Shown one piece after another: positions 1 through 9,930 of a DNA stretch of 64,000 nucleotides. Both the position numbers and the translations under genes were made by a program. Each line of letters opens with the position of its first letter. The stretch's first letter is position 1. The notes under the pieces were generated by a model. It made no database searches, was not told the DNA's origin, and saw only the letters and a list, made by a program, of their open reading frames with translations. Location: NCBI GenBank assembly GCA_965215005.1, contig CBDCCZ010000019.1, forward strand, positions 32,001 through 96,000, written 5' to 3'. Source of the DNA: Kofleriaceae bacterium (lineage in GTDB: Bacteria > Myxococcota_A > Polyangia > Haliangiales > Haliangiaceae).

Positions 1-2
1 TC

Positions 3-857
3 GAATCCGCGCAGGCCGAGGCGTGCCGGCACCCGAACGTCAGCATGATCGTGCTCGACGGCAACGTGGACGTCGCCAAGCAGAACAACGACGTCCGCGA
101 CCTGCTCGCCCGCGGCGTCGACGCGGTGCTCCTGAGCCCCGTCGAGTCCGCCGCCCTGATCCCCGCCTCGCGCGCGGTGATGGACCAGGGCATTCCGCTC
201 ATCGTCATGGACCGCGACGTCCCGACGGAGAAGACCCTTTTCATCGGGCAGAGCAACGTGACCATGGGCGAGAAGGTCGCCGAGAGGATGGCCGAGGACC
301 TCGGCGGCAGCGGCAACATCGTGGTGATCACGGGCCTTCAGGGCTCATCCCCCGCGGTCGATCGCGACCAAGGCATGAAGAACGTCCTGGCCGAGCACCC
401 TGACATCCAAGTGCTCGCGACCGGCGACGGCGAGTGGATCCGCGAGCCGGCGGTGCCGATCATGGAGGACTTCCTGACCGCCTATCCCGACATTGACGCG
501 GTGTTCTCGCACGCCGAGGAGTCGTCGTGGGGGGCGCAGCTCGCCATCGCGCGAGCGAACCGGTGCGAGGACGAGATCCTGCATTACACGTTCGACGGCT
601 CCAACGCGGGCTTCAAGTCGGTGCGCGACGGAACCTTCCGCGCCGACGGCAACTACACGCCATTCATCGGCGACATCGGCATGCGCGCGGCGCTCTACGC
701 CCTGATGGGGCGCGAAATCCCCGATGCGGCACCCTACTCGCAGCCAGGCATGCAGCTCGCGCTGCCGGACTCGCCCACCGTCGTCGCCGAGAACGCCGAA
801 GAGTGGATCGGCCGCGGCTGGGGCGACTTCGAGCCGCCGCTCGACCCCTGCCAGTAG
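3..857 (+). CDS. Sugar ABC transporter substrate-binding protein (RbsB-like), 5' truncated by the window edge
   Basis: Frame open from position 3. Motifs KQNNDVRDLLARGVDAVLLSP and ITGLQGSSPAVDRDQG; first gene of a SBP-ATPase-permease set. Confidence 0.9.
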   Translation, partial: ESAQAEACRHPNVSMIVLDGNVDVAKQNNDVRDLLARGVDAVLLSPVESAALIPASRAVMDQGIPLIVMDRDVPTEKTLFIGQSNVTMGEKVAERMAEDLGGSGNIVVITGLQGSSPAVDRDQGMKNVLAEHPDIQVLATGDGEWIREPAVPIMEDFLTAYPDIDAVFSHAEESSWGAQLAIARANRCEDEILHYTFDGSNAGFKSVRDGTFRADGNYTPFIGDIGMRAALYALMGREIPDAAPYSQPGMQLALPDSPTVVAENAEEWIGRGWGDFEPPLDPCQ

Positions 858-915
858 GAACGGACGTGCAGGTCCGGCCGCGCGGGCGGCCGGGTCGGCC
901 CCGCGGACGTTGCCG

Positions 916-2400
916 GTGAGCGACCTCCTTCTCGACGCCCGGTCCCTGCGGAAGCAGTTCGGTCCAAACGTCGTCCTCAAGGACGTCGACCTCGCGGTCG
1001 CGCGCGGCGAGGTGCACGCCATCGTCGGCGAGAACGGCGCGGGCAAGTCGACGCTGATCAAGATCCTCGGCGGCGTGCACCGCGCCGACGGCGGCTCGGT
1101 TCGCCTCGAGGGACGCGAGCTGGCGTTGCCGACGCCGCAGGCGGCGCTCGCGAACGGCATCGTCGTCATCCATCAGGAGCTCTCGCTTGCGCCGCACCTG
1201 ACCACCGAGGAGAACATCTTTCTCGGCCACTTCCCGCGCTCCGCCTTCGGCCTCATCGACCGGCGCACCGTCCGGGCGCGCACGCGGGAGCTGCTCGACC
1301 GGCTGTCGATCGAGATCGACCCGACCATACCCGTCGGCCGGCTGAGCATCGCGCAGCAGCAGATGATCGAGATCGCCAAGGCGATCTCGGTCGAGGCGAA
1401 GCTCCTCGTGCTCGACGAGCCGACTGCGGTGCTCGATGCGAACCGCGTCGACACCCTCTTCGCGCTGATCGAGCGGCTCAAGGCGCAGGAGATCGGCATC
1501 GTCTACATCTCGCACCATCTCGACGAGATCTTCCGCATCGCCGGCCGGGTCACCGTCCTGCGCGACGGCGAGTGCACCGGCCTGAGCGACGTCGCCCGCG
1601 TCGATCATGATTGGCTCGTCGCGAAGATGGTCGGGCGTCAGTTCGAACCCCACGACACGCAATCCCGTCGCTTCGGCGACGTCGCACTCGAGCTCGAGGG
1701 CCTTGGCGCGGGTGACGCCTTCCAAGACATCTCGCTGATCGTCCGAGAGGGCGAGATCGTCGGCCTCGCCGGCCTGATCGGCGCCGGCCGGACGGAGGTG
1801 GCGCAAACAGTCTTCGGCGTCCGCCGCCCCACGGCGGGACGCATCCGCCTCTTCGGCGAGGAGGTGCGGATCGCCGGCCCGGGCTATGCCACGCGCCATG
1901 GCATCGGCTACGTCAGCGAGGACCGCAAGGCTTTCGGCCTCCTGTCGAACCGGCCGGTGCGCGAGAACGTGACGATCGCGAACCTGTCCCGCTTTCAGTC
2001 CTTCGGCTTCCTCCGCCTCGGCCGAGAGCGCGCCTTCGTGCACGAGCGGATCGCCCAACTCGACATCCGGCTCTCGTCCATGCAGTCCGAGATGGGCACG
2101 CTGAGCGGTGGCAACCAGCAGAAGGTGCTGCTGGGCCGGACGCTGGCGGGCCGGCCGCGTATCCTGATCTTCGACGAGCCGACGCGCGGCGTCGACATCG
2201 GCGCCAAGCGCGAGATCTACCGCTTCATCGAGGAGCTCGCGGCCGAGGGCGTCGCCATCCTCCTGATCTCGTCCGAGATGGAGGAGGTGCTGCGCCTCTC
2301 CGACCGGGTGATCGTGATGCGCGGCGGTCGCATCGCCGTCGAGCTGTCGCGCGGCTCGGCGAGCGAGGAGAACATCATGCGCGCAGCCTCTCTCGACTGA
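916..2400 (+). CDS. Sugar ABC transporter ATP-binding protein (RbsA/MglA type, two NBDs)
   Basis: GENGAGKST, LVLDEPT, LSGGNQQKV, DEPTRGVDIGAK; GTG start at 916. Confidence 0.95.
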   Translation: MSDLLLDARSLRKQFGPNVVLKDVDLAVARGEVHAIVGENGAGKSTLIKILGGVHRADGGSVRLEGRELALPTPQAALANGIVVIHQELSLAPHLTTEENIFLGHFPRSAFGLIDRRTVRARTRELLDRLSIEIDPTIPVGRLSIAQQQMIEIAKAISVEAKLLVLDEPTAVLDANRVDTLFALIERLKAQEIGIVYISHHLDEIFRIAGRVTVLRDGECTGLSDVARVDHDWLVAKMVGRQFEPHDTQSRRFGDVALELEGLGAGDAFQDISLIVREGEIVGLAGLIGAGRTEVAQTVFGVRRPTAGRIRLFGEEVRIAGPGYATRHGIGYVSEDRKAFGLLSNRPVRENVTIANLSRFQSFGFLRLGRERAFVHERIAQLDIRLSSMQSEMGTLSGGNQQKVLLGRTLAGRPRILIFDEPTRGVDIGAKREIYRFIEELAAEGVAILLISSEMEEVLRLSDRVIVMRGGRIAVELSRGSASEENIMRAASLD

Positions 2401-2423
2401 CCGGCAATGCGGAGATCCCGATC

Positions 2424-3401
2424 ATGACGCAGACCTCGTCCGCGCCTCAAGACGGCACGCCCCAGAGGCGCTCCGTGCTCCTGTCGCAGCTCGTGCGCCA
2501 GACCGGGGTGCTCGCGGCGCTGATCCTGCTCGTCATCGTCTCGTCGTTTCTCAACGACCGCTTCCTGTCGGTGCCGAACCTCCTCAACGTTCTGCGGCAG
2601 GTCTCGATCGTCGGCATCCTTGCCGTAGGTATGACCTTCGTCATCCTGACCAAGGGGATTGACCTGTCCGTGGGCTCGATCCTCGGCGTCTCGGTCGTGC
2701 TCTTCGCCGGCCTTCTCGAGACGCAGTCCATGGCGGTCGCGATCCCGCTCGGCATCCTGGCGGCGATGGGCCTCGGCCTCCTGAACGGCCTCGGCGTCGC
2801 CTTCGCCGGCATCCCTCCCTTCATCATGACGCTCGGGATGCTCTCCTTCGCGCGCGGGCTCGCCTTCATCTACACCGGCGGCACACCGGTGCCGATCATC
2901 AACGAGGCTTTCTACAACCTCGGCAACGGCTACACTTTCGGCGTCCCGAACCCGACGCTGATCCTGTTCGCGACGCTCTTGGTCAGCGGCATCGTCCTGG
3001 CGCGCACGCCCTTCGGCCGATCGGTCTACGCCATCGGCTCCAACGAGGACGCGGCCCTGCTCTCCGGTGTCCCGGTGCGGCTCTACAAGACGGCCGTCTA
3101 CGTGATCTCGGGCGGAGTGGCGGGGCTCGCCGGCCTCGTCTACGCCTCGCAGCTCAGCGTCGGCACGCCGATCGCCGGCCAGGCCTACGAGCTCGACGCG
3201 ATCGCCGCGGTGGTCGTCGGCGGCACAAGTCTCTTCGGCGGCAAGGGCTCGGTCGCCGGGACCCTCATCGGCACGCTGATCATCGGGGTGCTGGCGAACA
3301 TCCTCAACCTCACCGGCGTGGACCCATTCGTCCAGCAGCTCTTCAAGGGCGCGCTGATCGTCGTCGCCGTGTTCATCATGGCGCGGTCGAGCCGGGCATG
3401 A
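2424..3401 (+). CDS. Sugar ABC transporter permease (RbsC type)
   Basis: GMTFVILTKGIDLSVGS, GRSVYAIGSNE, YELDAIAAVVVGGTSLFGG. Confidence 0.95.
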   Translation: MTQTSSAPQDGTPQRRSVLLSQLVRQTGVLAALILLVIVSSFLNDRFLSVPNLLNVLRQVSIVGILAVGMTFVILTKGIDLSVGSILGVSVVLFAGLLETQSMAVAIPLGILAAMGLGLLNGLGVAFAGIPPFIMTLGMLSFARGLAFIYTGGTPVPIINEAFYNLGNGYTFGVPNPTLILFATLLVSGIVLARTPFGRSVYAIGSNEDAALLSGVPVRLYKTAVYVISGGVAGLAGLVYASQLSVGTPIAGQAYELDAIAAVVVGGTSLFGGKGSVAGTLIGTLIIGVLANILNLTGVDPFVQQLFKGALIVVAVFIMARSSRA

Positions 3402-4573
3402 GGGACGGCGTGCGCGAATGGCGCAAGGCGCCGACCATGCGCCAGGTCGAGCGCGCGCTCGGGCGCTGCGAGGAGATCGCGCCGCTCGTCGCGCGCCATG
3501 TCACGCGCGAGCGAATGCGCCGCTACCTCGGCCCGCTCAGCGAGACGCCAGCGCCGTCAGGGGCCGCGGCGCTCATGCGCGCGCCCGTGCTGCGCGCGCT
3601 ACTCGAGGAGGACGGCGCCCTCGGCGGACGCCTCGCCCTCGACCCGGACTTCCGCGAAACCGGCGCGGCCGCGATCACGACCGGGACTGGGGCCGAGAAG
3701 GGCCTCTGGTACCTCGCGCACCTCGACTCGATCAGCTACCTCGTGCAGCCACCCCAAGGGGCGGGCCACCCGCTGGTGCCCTACTGCTACCACCTGACGC
3801 GCGAGGGCCGGCGCGCCGCACAGGCGCTGCGCTACGATCTGGAGGCCGGCCGCTTCGTCGTGCTCTGCCAGGGAACGCTGGTCTCGTCCGACGGCGCGCC
3901 GAGCTTCGAGCCAGCGGATGCCACGATGCTGCGGCCCGGCGACCGGGTGGTGCCGGTCACGCCGTTCCGATGCGAAGAGGACGGCGCCATGACCGGGCAC
4001 TTCGACAACGCCGGCAGCGTCGCCGCGCTGGCCGTCGCCGCGCCCGTCCTCGCCGAGATCGGCGCGGACGCGCTGCTCGCGATGCCGGACGAGGAGGAGG
4101 GGCCTGCCGCCAGCGGCAACCAGACGATCAGCCGCGGCAGCGCTCGGCTGATCGCGGCTGCGCCCGCGCCGCGCCTCGCGGTCGTCGTCGACATGCAGCA
4201 GACCGCGGCCGAGGGAAACAGCGGTCCCGACGGTGCCGGAACGCCCGGCAGGGGGGCGGTCCTGAGCGAGTTCTCGAGCCGCGCACGGGGCGCCGTCACA
4301 CCGCCGCCGCTCTACGCCGCGGCGCGCGCGTTCACCCGGGAACTCGACGGCCTGGGCGCCACCGTCCGCGAGACGTCGAACCTCTACACCTCGCGGAGCG
4401 ACGACGTGAGCGTGATGCTGCGCTGCGCCGAGATCGTGCTGCTGGGTTTTCCCGGCGGCGACCGACACTTCGACGCAGCGCTGCCGTCGGCCCACCTCGA
4501 CGACCTGGTGAGCCTCGCGCGTGCGCTGGTCTTCGTCTCGGCTCTCGCCACCGAGCTCGAAGGCGCGGCATGA
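3398..4573 (+). CDS. M42/M28-like two-metal hydrolase (SgcX/FrvX-like)
   Basis: Ordered metal-ligand motifs AHLD, GHFDN, DEEE, VVVD and a C-terminal H; start overlaps the permease stop (ATGA). Confidence 0.6.
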   Translation: MRDGVREWRKAPTMRQVERALGRCEEIAPLVARHVTRERMRRYLGPLSETPAPSGAAALMRAPVLRALLEEDGALGGRLALDPDFRETGAAAITTGTGAEKGLWYLAHLDSISYLVQPPQGAGHPLVPYCYHLTREGRRAAQALRYDLEAGRFVVLCQGTLVSSDGAPSFEPADATMLRPGDRVVPVTPFRCEEDGAMTGHFDNAGSVAALAVAAPVLAEIGADALLAMPDEEEGPAASGNQTISRGSARLIAAAPAPRLAVVVDMQQTAAEGNSGPDGAGTPGRGAVLSEFSSRARGAVTPPPLYAAARAFTRELDGLGATVRETSNLYTSRSDDVSVMLRCAEIVLLGFPGGDRHFDAALPSAHLDDLVSLARALVFVSALATELEGAA

Positions 4574-5484
4574 CCGAGCTCGTCACCGTCGGCTGGCTGA
4601 CCACGGACGACATCGTCCTCGAGAGCGGCGTCTGCCGCATGGCGGTGCCTGGCGGCGGCGCCCTCTACTCGGCGATCGGCGCGCAGATCTGGACCCCATC
4701 GGTCGGCATCCACGCGCCGGCGGGTCGCCCGCATGTCGAGCGCAGCCGGCGCGAGATCGCCGCCCGCGGGCTCGACGTCTCGGGGATCGCGGCGGCGGAG
4801 GGGAACGGGCTCGAGCTCTGGCTCCTGCACGAGAGCGACATCGACAAGCAGCAGGTCCCCAAGCTCGCCTCGTCGACGCCCGAGGAGATGGATGCGGCCC
4901 GTGGTCCTCTGCCGCCGGGGCACGAGGGCGCTCGCGGCTTCCACGTGGCGCCCCAGGGGCCGGAGAGTTCGCTTGCGAACGTGCAGCGCTTGCAAGCGCC
5001 GGGTCGCGTGGTGACGATGGACATCCTTTCGGACGAGATGATCGACGCGGGGCGGTACCGGGACCTGCGGTACCTCGCCCACGTCGATGCGTTCCTGCCG
5101 AGCGAGACCGAGATCGCCCGGATCTGGCGCCCAGCCCGGATCGAGGACTGGATCGCGGCGACGGCGCGCGAGCACCGCTGCCACCTCGCGGCGAAGCTCG
5201 GCGAGATGGGCTCGCTCGTCGCCGAGGCGGGGACGGGCCGCGTGATCCACGTGCCGGCCTTTGCAGTCAAGGCTGTGGATACGACGGGCGCCGGGGACGC
5301 CTACTGCGGCGGATTTCTAGCTGGCCTCGTGGCCGGTCGGCCGGTCGCCGAATGCGCCGCGATGGGCACGGTCTCGGCCTCGTACGTGGTCGAGGCCTTG
5401 GGCGCGCTCGCGACCGCCCGCCCGACCGCTGAAGAGCGCGACCGACGCCTGCGCTCGGTCCTCGGAACCATCCGACAGACCTGA
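4570..5484 (+). CDS. PfkB family carbohydrate kinase
   Basis: VTVGWLTTDD, PGGGALYSA, FLPSETE, VDTTGAGDAYCGGF; ATG at 4570 overlaps the upstream stop. Confidence 0.92.
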   Translation: MTELVTVGWLTTDDIVLESGVCRMAVPGGGALYSAIGAQIWTPSVGIHAPAGRPHVERSRREIAARGLDVSGIAAAEGNGLELWLLHESDIDKQQVPKLASSTPEEMDAARGPLPPGHEGARGFHVAPQGPESSLANVQRLQAPGRVVTMDILSDEMIDAGRYRDLRYLAHVDAFLPSETEIARIWRPARIEDWIAATAREHRCHLAAKLGEMGSLVAEAGTGRVIHVPAFAVKAVDTTGAGDAYCGGFLAGLVAGRPVAECAAMGTVSASYVVEALGALATARPTAEERDRRLRSVLGTIRQT

Positions 5485-5502
5485 ACGCCGGGGAGCCACG
5501 AC

Positions 5503-6351
5503 ATGACCGGACGGAGAGACGTCCTGCGGGAGATCTTCGGGCGCGAGCGCCCGCTGATCGGAAACGTGCACCTGCCGCCGCTTCCAGGCACGCCGCGATA
5601 CACCGGCGCCACCCTTCGCGAGCTTGCCGACATCGCATTGCGCGACGTCGAGGCCTACGAGGCGGGCGGCATGGACGGCCTGATGCTCGAGAACCACGGC
5701 GACATACCGTTCCTGAAGCCCGGGCGGATCGGGCCGGAGATCATCGCCGCGATGGCCGCCCTCGGCACGGCAGTGGCCTCGCGGACCTCGCTGCCCTTCG
5801 GGATCAACCTCCTCGCGAACGACGCGATCGGCGCCCTGGCGATCGCCAGGGCGACCGGCGCCGCGTTCGTCCGCGTGAACCAGTGGGTCAATGCCTACGT
5901 CGCGAACGAGGGCTTCGTCGAGGGGCAGAGCGCGGAGGCGCTCCGGTTCAGCCGGCAGATCGGGGCGGGAGGCGTCGCGATCTTCGCGGACGTCCACGTC
6001 AAGCACGGCGCGCACGCTGTGACCGCCGACCGCGGCGTGGCCGAGCTGGCGCGGGACACCGAGTTCTTCGGCGCCGACGTCGCCATCGCCACGGGGAACC
6101 GGACCGGCGACAGCATCCCAGCGGACGAGATCGCCTCGATCCGCGCGGGAACGTCGCTGCCCGTGATCGGCGGCAGCGGCCTTTCGGTCGAGAACGTCGC
6201 CGAGATCCTGCCCCGCCTCGACGGCGCGATCGTCGGGTCGAGCCTCAAGGCGAAAGGTCATTGGGCGAACCCGGTCGACCAGCGCCGGGTGGAGGCGCTG
6301 GTCGCAGCGGCGCGCGACCTTCGCGCGGAAGTCCCGGCACCGCCGGCGTAA
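5503..6351 (+). CDS. BtpA/SgcQ family TIM-barrel protein
   Basis: IGNVHLPPLPGTP, DGLMLENHGDIPF, FADVHVKHG, GSGLSVEN, DGAIVGSSLK. Confidence 0.92.
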   Translation: MTGRRDVLREIFGRERPLIGNVHLPPLPGTPRYTGATLRELADIALRDVEAYEAGGMDGLMLENHGDIPFLKPGRIGPEIIAAMAALGTAVASRTSLPFGINLLANDAIGALAIARATGAAFVRVNQWVNAYVANEGFVEGQSAEALRFSRQIGAGGVAIFADVHVKHGAHAVTADRGVAELARDTEFFGADVAIATGNRTGDSIPADEIASIRAGTSLPVIGGSGLSVENVAEILPRLDGAIVGSSLKAKGHWANPVDQRRVEALVAAARDLRAEVPAPPA

Positions 6352-6754
6352 GTGCCCACACCGTTCGGCTCAGACGACGATGTTGATGAGGCTTGCGAGC
6401 GCCAAGGCGATCGGGCGGCCTTCAGCCGTGCGGACGAGGATTGTCGTCTTGCACATAGGCAGACACCGTAGCGGACACGTGGGTCAAGCAGCCTCCGTCT
6501 TGCGAGGAGATCACCGCACCGATGCTCGGGGCGAGTTGGACGATGAGTTGATCGAGCACCCGATCAGGGCCAGCGGGGATCAGGATTGCTCTGCTCCACA
6601 CTCGTCATCTTGCACCGTCTTCGCTCCGGCTCCTTCCCGCCGGGAGTTCTTCCTTCGAAGGCTTGCCTCCGTGCAGCGTCGCCGCTGCCTGCCCCCCATG
6701 GAGCGCTGGCCGATCATCCTCCTCCAAGGCCCTGATTCCTGGAGACCTCACTTG

Positions 6755-6770
6755 ATTTAATCGTTTAACC
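6755..6770. promoter_or_regulatory. Candidate LacI-family operator ATTTAATCGTTTAACC
   Basis: CG-centred AT-rich pseudo-palindrome just upstream of the LacI-PfkB gene; shares CGTTTAACC with the site at 14657-14672. Confidence 0.55.
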
Positions 6771-6793
6771 GAAGGAGACTGCGGTTCATCCGC

Positions 6794-8077
6794 ATGAGGC
6801 GCCCTCACGACCTGTGGGACGGTCACCTCAGGAATGAGTTGGTAGGGCACCGAGTGATCGAGGACCGCTTGTCCGCTGACGAAGGCCTGCGGCGACGGGC
6901 CACGATGCGGGACGTGGCGCGTCGCGCCGGCGTCTCGATCGCGACGGTCTCCAACGTGCTGAACGCGTCCAAGCCCGTGGCGCCCGAGACCGCCCGCGCC
7001 GTCGAGGCCGCCGTGACGGCGCTGGGCTATCAGCCCAACCCCATCGCGCGCTCGCTGATCGCCCGCCGCGTGCGGCATGGGTGGTCCGGACGGAACGCCC
7101 GCACCCGGCTGCTGACGGTGGGCTACCTGTCCATCGACTACGTGGTGGCGGTCCCTGCCCTGCCTGGGTCCGACGATCGGCTGACCGCGCGCGGGATCGA
7201 GAAGATGGTCGGAGGACCGGCCGCCAACGTGGCGGTCTTCGCCGCGGGGTTGGAGCTGCCTTCCGCGGTGCGGGCCGAGGTCCTCACCCGGATCGGCGAC
7301 GACGCCGACAGCGACTGGGCGCTGGGGGAACTCGCGGCGCGCGGGGTCGACTCGTCCGGTGCGATCCGGACGCCGGGGGCGCGGCTCTCGCGCTGCATCG
7401 TCATCGTCGAGGCGGGCGGGGCGCAAGCCATCATCAACGAGCCGCTGACCGTCGCGGGCGCAGACGTCCACGCCCATCTCGACCGCCAACCGAGGGCGGC
7501 CTCAGAGACCTGGGTTCACCTGGACGGCTTCCAGGTCGCGCAGGCCGCACCCTCTCTTCCCGCTTTGCGCCGAAGGAGCGTGCGTCTGTCCGCGCACATG
7601 ACGGGACTCGAAGCGTCCTGGCGCAGCCTCGAAGGCCTCCTCCGCCTGTGCGGGCTCCTCGACCTCGTCTTCCTGAACCGCGAGGTCGCGCGGTCCATGA
7701 CCTCGACGGATGGGGCGGAACAAGACGAAGTCCTCGTCCCGCGGCTCGACACGCTGATCCAGGGGGGCGACGCCCCGTCCGGGGGCGCCGTCCTGCTGAC
7801 CCTCGGCGCGGGCGGCGCGGTGCTGCTGCGGCCCGGGGCGTCGCCGCACCGGGTCCTCGCCGAACCCGTCGAGCCCGTCGACACCACCGGCGCTGGCGAC
7901 GCCTTCACTGGGCTCTTCCTCGGCCTGCACCTCTCGGGGCGGAGCCTCGAGGAGGCTCTCGCGGGGGCCGTCCGTGGGGCGACGCTCTCGGTGAGCGCCC
8001 TCGGCGCCCAGGGACGACGGGTGTCGGCGGCGGAACTCGGGCTGGACGGGACGATCCCGGCCGCCGAGGTCGGGTGA
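6794..8077 (+). CDS. LacI-type HTH fused to a PfkB kinase domain
   Basis: N-terminal ATMRDVARRAGVSIATVSNVLN...LGYQPNPIARSL, then VGYLSID, GGPAANVA, FLNRE, VDTTGAGDAF. Start could be GTG ~6854. Confidence 0.85.
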   Translation: MRRPHDLWDGHLRNELVGHRVIEDRLSADEGLRRRATMRDVARRAGVSIATVSNVLNASKPVAPETARAVEAAVTALGYQPNPIARSLIARRVRHGWSGRNARTRLLTVGYLSIDYVVAVPALPGSDDRLTARGIEKMVGGPAANVAVFAAGLELPSAVRAEVLTRIGDDADSDWALGELAARGVDSSGAIRTPGARLSRCIVIVEAGGAQAIINEPLTVAGADVHAHLDRQPRAASETWVHLDGFQVAQAAPSLPALRRRSVRLSAHMTGLEASWRSLEGLLRLCGLLDLVFLNREVARSMTSTDGAEQDEVLVPRLDTLIQGGDAPSGGAVLLTLGAGGAVLLRPGASPHRVLAEPVEPVDTTGAGDAFTGLFLGLHLSGRSLEEALAGAVRGATLSVSALGAQGRRVSAAELGLDGTIPAAEVG

Positions 8078-8078
8078 G

Positions 8079-8985
8079 GTGAGCCCCGGTCCCATCCTCT
8101 GCGTGGGCGACATCGACATGGACCTCGTGGTGTCGGTGCCGCGGCTGCCCGGCACGGACGAGAAGGTCTCCGGCCGCCGCGTCGCCCTGACGCCCGGGGG
8201 CATGGCGGCCAACGTCGCGGTCGGGCTCGCGCGCCTCGGCACGCCGGTCCGCATGCTGGGCGCGGTGGGGGACGACGAGGCCGGCGAGACGGCGGTGACG
8301 GCGCTCCGGGACGCGGGGGTCGAGGTCTCGCACGTCGTGCGCGTCGCCAATGAGGCGACCTTCATGTGCGTCATCCTCATCGAGCCCTCGGGCGAGAAGT
8401 CCCTGGTGCGGCTGGAGAGCCCCGCCTACCTGCCCCGCCCCGCGGACCTCACGGAGGCCGCCTTCGCGGGCATCCGCCACGTTCACACCACCCACGGCGA
8501 CCCGGCGCTGGCCGAGGCTGCGCTGGAGGCCGCGAAGGTGGTCGGCGCGACGGTCTCGCTCGACCTCGAGGCGGCCGACCTGCCCGAGGCTCCGGACGGA
8601 CTGCGCCGACTGCTGGGGAGGATCGACCTCCTCTTCGTCAGCCGGCGGAGCCGCGCGGCGGCCGAGGCGTTGCTCGGGCCCTTGAGAGGGACGACGAGAG
8701 CCATGATCGTCACCACGCTGGGGGCCGAGGGCGCCCGCGCGGAGGGCGGCGGGGCGACGGCCGAGGTCGCCGGTCTCGCCGTGGCGCCCACCGACACCTC
8801 CGGCGCGGGCGACGCCTTCGCCGCAGCGTTCCTGAGCCGCTGGCTGGAGGCGGCGCCGCCCGCCGAGGCGCTCGCCTTCGCCAACGCCGCCGCCGCGCTC
8901 TCGACCCGCGCCTTCGGGGCGCAGGCGGGGCTTCCGACCGAGGCGGAGGTGCGCGCCGCCCTCGCCGAGCGGTTCCGACGCCTGA
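8079..8985 (+). CDS. PfkB family (ribokinase-like) kinase; likely 1-nt indel near the 3' end
   Basis: CVGDIDMD, PGGMAANVAVGLARLG, DTSGAGDAF. An out-of-frame TGA at 8983-8985 precedes the RBS of the next gene, so the 989-aa track ORF is read-through. Confidence 0.85.
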
Positions 8986-8994
8986 GAGGAGCCC

Positions 8995-9930
8995 ATGCCC
9001 GACGATCGCTTCGCCCTGAGGGACCGCCTCGCCGCCCGCGGCCTGCCCCCGCCCGGGGAGGACGTCATGGCCGCGCTGCGCGACATCGTCGACGAGGGCG
9101 TGCTCGGCGCCAGCAACCACGTCGCCCTGGCCCTGCCCCTGGTCGCGGACCTGGCCGAGGACGCGCGCGCGGGCGGGGTGGCGGCCGCGCTGGAGCTCGC
9201 GGACTTCATCGCGCAGACGCGCGGCGCGGGGGCGCCCATCGTCGCCAACGCGCTGCGCTGGCAGACCGAGGGGGTCGCGGCCGAGGACGGCGAGGCGGGC
9301 GCTGCGCAGCTGCGCGAGCGGGCCGAGCGCTGGAGCGCGGAGGCCAAGGAGCGCCGGAGGACCCTCGTGCGACGGGCCGCCGAGCGGCTGGCGGACGACC
9401 CCGCGCCGCTCCTCTTCGACTACTCCAGCACCGTGGCCGACGTCGTGCGCGCGCTGGCCGAGACGGGGCAGCTCGAACGGCTCGTGATCCCCGAGAGCCG
9501 GGCCGTGGACGGCGGGCGGCGCTACCTCGAGGCGCTCCACGACCTCGGCGTGCCCTGCCTCTTCACCCCGGACGCCGCGATGGAGCACGCCGTCTCCCGG
9601 GCGAGCGCGGTGCTCCTCGGCGCCGAGAGCGTGACGGCCGATGGCGGCGTGGTGAACACGGTGGGCTCGCTTCCCGCCGCGCGGGCGGCCGCGGCGCGGG
9701 GCATCCCCGTCTACGGGCTCGCGGACCTCTTCAAGGTCGGCGCGGAGCGCTCGACGGAGCCGCGGGTGCGGCCCGAGCGGGACTACCCCGCCATCCTGCC
9801 CGCGGGCTTCGAGGGCGTCCGAGCGGCCGCGCCGGAGCTGGAGCTGGTGCCGCCCGCGCTCGTGACGGCGCTGCTGACCGAGCGGGGGGCGCTGCGACCC
9901 GAGGAGCTCGAGGTGGAGATCGCGCGATGA
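8995..9930 (+). CDS. eIF-2B alpha/beta/delta family protein (MtnA/R15P isomerase superfamily)
   Basis: LFDYSSTV, IPESRA..GG, PDAAM, LLGAESVTADGGVVNTVGS, GIPVY...FK, ELVPPALVTALLTERG. Confidence 0.85.
   Translation: MPDDRFALRDRLAARGLPPPGEDVMAALRDIVDEGVLGASNHVALALPLVADLAEDARAGGVAAALELADFIAQTRGAGAPIVANALRWQTEGVAAEDGEAGAAQLRERAERWSAEAKERRRTLVRRAAERLADDPAPLLFDYSSTVADVVRALAETGQLERLVIPESRAVDGGRRYLEALHDLGVPCLFTPDAAMEHAVSRASAVLLGAESVTADGGVVNTVGSLPAARAAAARGIPVYGLADLFKVGAERSTEPRVRPERDYPAILPAGFEGVRAAAPELELVPPALVTALLTERGALRPEELEVEIAR

Noticed and set aside
3418..5484. 688-aa ORF
   Set aside because: Only 4570-5484 is PfkB; the rest is a shadow frame of the M42-like gene.
6352..6750. IS remnant or sRNA between the two sugar operons
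   Set aside because: Composition differs somewhat, but no convincing transposase motif, inverted repeat or RNA structure could be identified.
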